A DNA stretch of 32,626 nt from a virus (lineage: Duplodnaviria; Heunggongvirae; Uroviricota; Caudoviricetes), in IMG/VR virus record IMGVR_UViG_2778261384_000002. One strand, 5' to 3'. The notes beneath the pieces were generated by a model. It was not told the origin of the DNA. It was given only the letters and a program-made list of their open reading frames with translations, and did no database searches. Positions 27,807-32,626 of this stretch are shown here, one piece after another. Within the stretch, counting starts at the first letter, position 1. The number at the start of each line of letters is the position of its first letter. The position numbers were made by a program, and so were the translations under genes.

Positions 27807-28374
27807 GATTCACCTTCTCCGCGCGAACGGCAGAAATATTTTTGATATCGTCGCTTAATCTGGCAATCTGGTTAATAACGTCATTCATTGCGTGATGCGG
27901 ATGTTCCAGAACCGCGCGCATTGATGAGTGACCGCATATTGTCAGCGCGATTTCTGCAACCGTTCTAACGTCGCGAGCATTCCAGAAATTCCAGGCCGGA
28001 CGAATCCCTGTCAGGCGCATCGAGTGATAAATAACTGGTAAATCAAAATCAGTGCCGCGCGCCCATATTTTTAAATCTTCTGAATCATCACAAAAACAAC
28101 AAAAATCGTTCAACTTATAGAGCGACTCTGATAAAGGCAAACCAGCATCGGATACAAGCTCATCTCTTGCGCATAAATTTTGCTTCATCCACCATTTAAC
28201 AGTATCCGCACCAATTGTCGCCCCTTTGTATTGAGCATCAGCAACATTAACGGGAATATAAATAGACATTCCAATCTCGCCAGTTCGGGGATCGAAAAAT
28301 GCGGCAGCAATAGAAACAATTGAGGCAGTTGGTTTATTATCCAATGTTTCAATGTCAATCATTATATTATTCAT
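27787..28374 (-). CDS. 3'-5' exonuclease, DEDD (DnaQ-like) superfamily
   Basis: 195 aa; N-terminal IDIETLD (Exo I D-x-E) with later FDLPVIYH and HHAMNDV motifs consistent with DEDDh exonucleases. Confidence 0.6.
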   Translation of the reverse strand: MNNIMIDIETLDNKPTASIVSIAAAFFDPRTGEIGMSIYIPVNVADAQYKGATIGADTVKWWMKQNLCARDELVSDAGLPLSESLYKLNDFCCFCDDSEDLKIWARGTDFDLPVIYHSMRLTGIRPAWNFWNARDVRTVAEIALTICGHSSMRAVLEHPHHAMNDVINQIARLSDDIKNISAVRAEKVNHDSPEK

Positions 28375-28376
28375 GA

Positions 28377-28592
28377 TTAGATTCCGTATGGTGAAGGGGG
28401 AAGAGATGGGCGGCTCAGCGCATTAGTAAGACGACGGCGCATGGATTGTATAAATGCAACAACATCAGGATCTGTTGATGCCAGTGTTAATTCGCCTGCG
28501 TTACGCGTTTTTATAGTCATTCCGCGCTCTTCAAGCTCCGGTAAAAATGAATGCAATACAAAACTGTATTCATCCCGTTTAGTCATAGACAT
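28377..28592 (-). CDS. Small hypothetical early protein
   Basis: 71-aa ORF in the early operon, 3 nt upstream of the exonuclease gene; no motif recognised. Confidence 0.3.
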   Translation of the reverse strand: MSMTKRDEYSFVLHSFLPELEERGMTIKTRNAGELTLASTDPDVVAFIQSMRRRLTNALSRPSLPPSPYGI

Positions 28593-28669
28593 ATAATTAC
28601 CCGTTTTTAGGTTGTAAGAATCCGCACCACTTTTTAAAGTGGTGTGCGATATTTAATAAATTCAGTTAA

Positions 28670-28903
28670 TTAAAAATAGCGTTTAATTAATTTAATCAGT
28701 GCGGCTATTACGCCCCTGTTTATTTTTTGCGTGTACACAAAAGGCTTGTTTCTGCCCTTAATAAACTGAACTCTTGACGGCTCCGGCTTAAAATAACGCC
28801 CGTCCGGTGTTTCAATCCAGCCGCGCGTCGATTTACAATGCGTGACCTGGCAACCGTTGCGTAATAGACTGGCGAATGAAGGAAATTGTTGTTCACTCAT
28901 AAC
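28670..28903 (-). CDS. Small hypothetical early protein
   Basis: Internal start MSEQQF... about 77 aa, overlapping the upstream small membrane ORF by 7 nt; basic C-terminus. Confidence 0.3.
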   Translation of the reverse strand, partial: VMSEQQFPSFASLLRNGCQVTHCKSTRGWIETPDGRYFKPEPSRVQFIKGRNKPFVYTQKINRGVIAALIKLIKRYF

Positions 28904-29118
28904 AGACACTCTAAAAGGGAGGCGACGCCAAATATTAGCAGCCAGCCACAAAATACATCTAAAAATAATGGTGCCGCCGCTTCAATATCCCTGTGTAATG
29001 CGTCAATAAAACGGATTCTGTTGCTACTGTTTTTTAATCTTCCGTAGGACCAAACAACAACGGCCCCCAAAATAAAAACCGCAACATTAAATATCCCCGA
29101 AAAAAAATATTGGCTCAT
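28897..29118 (-). CDS. Small membrane protein (two predicted TM helices)
   Basis: 73 aa with two hydrophobic segments (NVAVFILGAVVVW and FCGWLLIFGVASLL). Confidence 0.35.
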   Translation of the reverse strand: MSQYFFSGIFNVAVFILGAVVVWSYGRLKNSSNRIRFIDALHRDIEAAAPLFLDVFCGWLLIFGVASLLECLL

Positions 29119-29129
29119 TGCGCACCCGT

Positions 29130-29378
29130 TTATCTGCCAGTAATGGCAAGCTTTAGATCAGCGATCAGGCGGTCCAGTTGGTGGCGTCCGTCATCGTTCA
29201 GTGCGTCAATGCCGTAATCAAACGCAGCCAGAATTGCCATTTCCATTTCGCGGGATTCGATCGCGATGGGCAGTCGCTTACCCGGTTGCACATATACCGG
29301 CACGTCGTACCCTTCATAAAACGGATCGACTTCCCGCGCCTTTTCTGTGTTAAGTGGATTAAACATTTTTCCTCTCAA
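29130..29378 (-). CDS. Small hypothetical early protein
   Basis: 82-aa ORF; stop and start overlap the Cox-like gene (coupling); no motif recognised. Confidence 0.3.
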   Translation of the reverse strand: MRGKMFNPLNTEKAREVDPFYEGYDVPVYVQPGKRLPIAIESREMEMAILAAFDYGIDALNDDGRHQLDRLIADLKLAITGR

Positions 29379-29794
29379 TTAAACGCTGTCGTTTTTGTCA
29401 GGCTGGCTTCGGCGGTCATAAAAGCTCTGGCATACCATGCAACCATATTGATTTGTCTTAGTTCTCGACGATTCGGATCGACACGCGGAACTAATGGCAG
29501 ATAGCCGCGCTCCGCATCGCTTTGAACCTTACGCAAAGACTGTCCGAAGAATTCGGAAAATTCCTGCACTGTTAAAACCGGTTTAATGCCACTACTAAGG
29601 ATATGTTTCAGTGCGCGGTCAATTGCCATTAGTTCACGTTCAGAACGACTATCAGGGGCTCGCCAAGCGCGGCGCTGATGATTGCTTTGAGTCTGTTCGG
29701 GTAAAAACGCGCCTTGTGCCAGTTCAACAACCGGGTAGTAACCAGGATCAGTCTCCTGATGTGCGGGTAAAGCTCTGTTTTGCTCTGGTGTCAT
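29375..29794 (-). CDS. Cox/Apl-like HTH excisionase-regulator, first gene of early operon
   Basis: 139 aa; AGGA Shine-Dalgarno before ATG; segment LTVQEFSEFFGQSLRKVQSDAERGYLPLV parallels the P2 Cox HTH as recalled; divergent from the C repressor gene. Confidence 0.45.
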   Translation of the reverse strand: MTPEQNRALPAHQETDPGYYPVVELAQGAFLPEQTQSNHQRRAWRAPDSRSERELMAIDRALKHILSSGIKPVLTVQEFSEFFGQSLRKVQSDAERGYLPLVPRVDPNRRELRQINMVAWYARAFMTAEASLTKTTAFN

Positions 29795-29886
29795 TTGATA
29801 TCCTGTCGGTTTAGATTGGTTTCGTTTGTGCTCAACGGGGTACGTATTTGTACCCTTGGCGTAATATTAAGGGGCAAATTTGTACC
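29795..29886. promoter_or_regulatory. C/cox-type switch region with candidate operator repeats
   Basis: 92-bp gap between divergent Cox-like and C genes; direct repeat ATTTGTACC x2 about 32 bp apart, the second abutting the C start codon; overlapping GGGTAC/GTACCC inverted repeat. Confidence 0.45.
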
Positions 29887-30156
29887 ATGTCAACATTACT
29901 GGGCGAAAAAATTCGACTTATACGGGAAGCGGAAGGCCTCACCCGAGAGGATTTCGAAGCAATGACCGGCATACCTGCCGGAAATACAAAACGTTATGAA
30001 ACTGGTAGAACAAAAAGTATCGGTAGTGACTTTTTAACCAAAATTACTAATCACCCCAGATTCCAGCGGTATACGCTATGGCTGATGTCTGACATCACCG
30101 CACCAGAAGCAGGTCAGATAGCACCAGTTACCAAAGAAGAGAAAAAGACCGGTTAA
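29887..30156 (+). CDS. Immunity repressor, P2 C-type
   Basis: Track ORF begins with TTG at 29848; ATG at 29887 (AAGGGG Shine-Dalgarno) gives 89 aa; motif RFQRYTLWLMSDITAPEAGQIAP matches P2 C as recalled. Confidence 0.7.
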   Translation: MSTLLGEKIRLIREAEGLTREDFEAMTGIPAGNTKRYETGRTKSIGSDFLTKITNHPRFQRYTLWLMSDITAPEAGQIAPVTKEEKKTG

Positions 30157-30198
30157 TCACCGCCCGCACTGCGGGCGAATAATACATAAGGAAAATGT

Positions 30199-30648
30199 AT
30201 GTCAAAAGATAATGATACATTTATACCCCCAATACGCCCACCTCGTAATTCCCGCTATGGAGAACCATCACCAGAACTTATGAAAAGGCTACAACAAGTT
30301 ACCCCTGAATTATTCGCTGAATTTTTGATGTCAAAAAACGCCGCTCAGTTCTGCATATCATGTGGATTCACTAAATTAACAATGTCCGAAAATGGAGTTT
30401 ATAGTGGCGCGAAGATTCCCGAGAACTATGATTCTTTATCGCAAATCGATCAGGAAAAATTCGTAGGTGATAATACTCTCTGGTATGTAACGCCCGTGTT
30501 TGTGAATACTCATACAAAAATAAGATTAGCCGATGTCGAATATAAAATTAATTGCCCAAACTGCGGGCATATCAGCATTTATCGCGCCCGCCCGGTCGTC
30601 GCATGGATAGAAGAGAATCGCAAGGAATGCAAAAATGAGTCAGACTAA
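30199..30648 (+). CDS. Hypothetical zinc-ribbon protein (accessory cassette gene 1)
   Basis: 149 aa; AGGA Shine-Dalgarno; two CxxC pairs (CISCG and CPNCG) about 68 residues apart; AT-rich codon usage unlike the phage core. Confidence 0.5.
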   Translation: MSKDNDTFIPPIRPPRNSRYGEPSPELMKRLQQVTPELFAEFLMSKNAAQFCISCGFTKLTMSENGVYSGAKIPENYDSLSQIDQEKFVGDNTLWYVTPVFVNTHTKIRLADVEYKINCPNCGHISIYRARPVVAWIEENRKECKNESD

Positions 30649-31069
30649 GGATAATGTTCATCATATAAGAGAACGTCAGGTACCCATAAATAATGAGTCC
30701 ACAAACAGTAGTGACGACGGAGGCAACGGCATGAACAGCCTAATAAAACGCGTTGAAAAACTTGAAGACAATACCGGTGTAATTGTTAAAGAACTTACCC
30801 ATCTCAATGCGCGCGCTGATGACTTCGCCTCAAAGGGAGATCTGCGTGAACTCAAGGCGCAGATAACTGGGGATATGAAAGAACTCCGTGCGCAGATGAC
30901 CGGAGATATGCGCGAGCTTAAGGCACAGATTAGCGGCGAACTCAAAGAGTCCAGGTCAGCAGCCAGGGAAGATCTTGCAAAGGGATTACATAAGCAAATG
31001 ATATGGCTATGCTCTGCCCTTTTCGCTACAGCAGGAGTCATAATCGCTTTGGCAAAAGGTCTGCTCTAA
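30635..31069 (+). CDS. Coiled-coil protein with C-terminal transmembrane anchor (accessory cassette gene 2)
   Basis: 144 aa; start overlaps gene 1 by 14 nt with AAGGAA Shine-Dalgarno; three and a half 11-residue repeats (GDLRELKAQIT / GDMKELRAQMT / GDMRELKAQIS); hydrophobic C-terminus MIWLCSALFATAGVIIALA. Confidence 0.5.
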   Translation: MSQTKDNVHHIRERQVPINNESTNSSDDGGNGMNSLIKRVEKLEDNTGVIVKELTHLNARADDFASKGDLRELKAQITGDMKELRAQMTGDMRELKAQISGELKESRSAAREDLAKGLHKQMIWLCSALFATAGVIIALAKGLL

Positions 31070-31250
31070 TTGTGCGATATATTACTTTTTAATAAATTAT
31101 ACAAAAAATATACAACATATATTTTATATTGATTGATAATTACCATTTATTACATACATGAATTACTGATAAGCAGTTTTGGTTAAAATCTGTTCGTGTG
31201 CGAACAATACATTTGCGCCCTGAATGCCAATAATAGCAATCGAGGTGTAT

Positions 31251-31529
31251 ATGTCCTTGCGTAACCGCTTATTCTTGATAATTAATGCTGAAAATCTCAC
31301 TATCTGCAAATTCGCGATGTTTTGTGATATTTCGAAGAAGACACTGTATCAATTCAGGCAGCAAATAATAATGACGCTGCCTGATATTGATTTATTAAAG
31401 ATAGCCCGAAACCCCAGATTCAATAAATACACGTTATGGATGATGACAAATAAGACCGCAGCATCATCCGGGCAAATCGACCCGGCGCTTTTCCCTCTTC
31501 GCTCGCCAAAACAATCTATTAACCAATAA
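31251..31529 (+). CDS. Second P2 C-type repressor paralog
   Basis: About 92 aa from ATG at 31251 (GAGGT Shine-Dalgarno); motif RFNKYTLWMMTNKTAASSGQIDPALFP matches the C-repressor signature; lies immediately upstream of int. Confidence 0.6.
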   Translation: MSLRNRLFLIINAENLTICKFAMFCDISKKTLYQFRQQIIMTLPDIDLLKIARNPRFNKYTLWMMTNKTAASSGQIDPALFPLRSPKQSINQ

Positions 31530-31633
31530 CCCGAACTGGCAACAAATTGAACAGTTATATATTGCTGCGCGTGTTACCCAGTTCAGTTCGTCAGCAAATG
31601 ACGACCAGCATTCACAGCCGGAGAAAATGACAA

Positions 31634-32626
31634 ATGACCATTACTAAAAAGGACAACGGAAAATACATGGTTGATGTTCGGCCTGCGGGGCGTTCCGGGA
31701 AGCGCGTCAGGCGTTCATTCTCCACTAAATCAGAGGCTGTCACCTTTGAACGCTGGATAATAGCCAGTGCTAATAATAAAGAATGGCTGGAAAAACCAGC
31801 TGATCGGCGTCGGTTATCTGAACTGATCGAATTGTGGTGGAAGAACCACGGGCAAACGCTCACCGACTGCAAAAACCGGTTATGGATTTTGAATGCGTCA
31901 TGCGCGCGCTTAAATAATCCACGTATAACCCAACTCACCGCCCAGCTTTTTGCAGAGTACCGAACAAAACGGCGGGCAGAAGGGATCGCGCCAAAAACGT
32001 TAAATAATGAACAACGTTACCTGAAGTCAGTGTTCAGTAAATTGAAAGAACTGGATCTCTTCTGGGATAACAACCCAATGACTGGACTCGCAGAACTGAA
32101 ACTGGCCGAATCAGAACAGGGATATTTTACTGACGAACAGATTAGAACGGTTCTGACAGAGTTAACAGGCGACAACAAGCTGATAGCCAAACTTTGTCTG
32201 TCCACCGGTGCACGATGGAGTGAAGGTGCAAAATTAACCAGGCAGAGACTGGTTAACGGCATGGTGACATTTACAAAAACTAAAAATGGCAAATCACGTT
32301 CAGTTCCTATCGGTAAGGAACTGGAAATGGAGTTAATGCAGAGGATTGAAGCACACGATAAACAACTGATTTTCCCGGATGCGAGCTATCAGACTGCACG
32401 AAAAGTTATTAAAGGCGCTGTTCCTGATCTACCTGACGGACAGGCAACCCACGCTTTCAGGCACACTTTCGCCTCTCATTTCATGGCAAACGGAGGAAAC
32501 ATATTGGTACTTCAACGAGTCCTGGGCCATCACAAAATCCAACAAACGATGACTTATGCTCACTTTGCCCCTGATCATTTGTTTGATGCGGTGACATTAA
32601 ACCCATTAGCTACGATGAAAATATAA
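31634..32626 (+). CDS. int: Tyrosine integrase, P2 Int family
   Basis: 330 aa; N-terminus ...DVRPAGRSGKRVRRSF.TKSEA..FE and C-terminal GQATHAFRHTFASHFMANGGNILVLQRVLGHHKIQQTMTYAHFAP (R...HxxR...Y catalytic motifs) match P2 Int as recalled; stop codon is the last base of the window. Confidence 0.9.
   Translation: MTITKKDNGKYMVDVRPAGRSGKRVRRSFSTKSEAVTFERWIIASANNKEWLEKPADRRRLSELIELWWKNHGQTLTDCKNRLWILNASCARLNNPRITQLTAQLFAEYRTKRRAEGIAPKTLNNEQRYLKSVFSKLKELDLFWDNNPMTGLAELKLAESEQGYFTDEQIRTVLTELTGDNKLIAKLCLSTGARWSEGAKLTRQRLVNGMVTFTKTKNGKSRSVPIGKELEMELMQRIEAHDKQLIFPDASYQTARKVIKGAVPDLPDGQATHAFRHTFASHFMANGGNILVLQRVLGHHKIQQTMTYAHFAPDHLFDAVTLNPLATMKI

Noticed and set aside
1-32626. CRISPR arrays, rRNA genes, IS elements or transposases
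   Set aside because: No short regularly spaced direct repeats with unique spacers, no rRNA-like conserved blocks and no transposase-like ORF were seen; the only recombinase is the P2-type integrase.

Overview
Almost the whole window is one mosaic P2-like (peduovirus-type) temperate prophage in an Enterobacterales-like genome. All calls rest on reading the six-frame translations and the DNA by eye; no database search was run, and family assignments come from recalled motifs. Layout, left to right: two host genes (DUF4177-like, YidD-like; 1-452), a ~500 bp junction region, then a minus-strand tail/baseplate operon (950-15547) ending in a terminator at ~919-940. The tail operon contains a tail fibre with six tandem 78-bp repeats, a tape measure gene preceded by a chaperone with an apparent -1 frameshift site, and an embedded holin plus M15 endolysin pair. 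Next come P2-type head genes L, M, N, O (minus strand), a divergent late-promoter region, terminase P and portal Q (plus strand), and an Ogr-like zinc-finger activator. An AT-rich accessory island follows (HEPN-motif protein 22007-22786, Ner/Nlp-like regulator 23011-23292), then the minus-strand early operon (gpA replication initiator, Dam methyltransferase, DEDD exonuclease, small ORFs, Cox-like regulator). The right end holds a P2 C-type repressor, an AT-rich two-gene cassette (zinc-ribbon protein plus coiled-coil membrane-anchored protein), a second C-like repressor paralog, and a P2-type tyrosine integrase whose stop codon is the last base of the window. The best candidates for an undescribed accessory or defence function are the HEPN-motif gene and the cassette between the two repressors. 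No rRNA, tRNA, CRISPR array or transposase was found.
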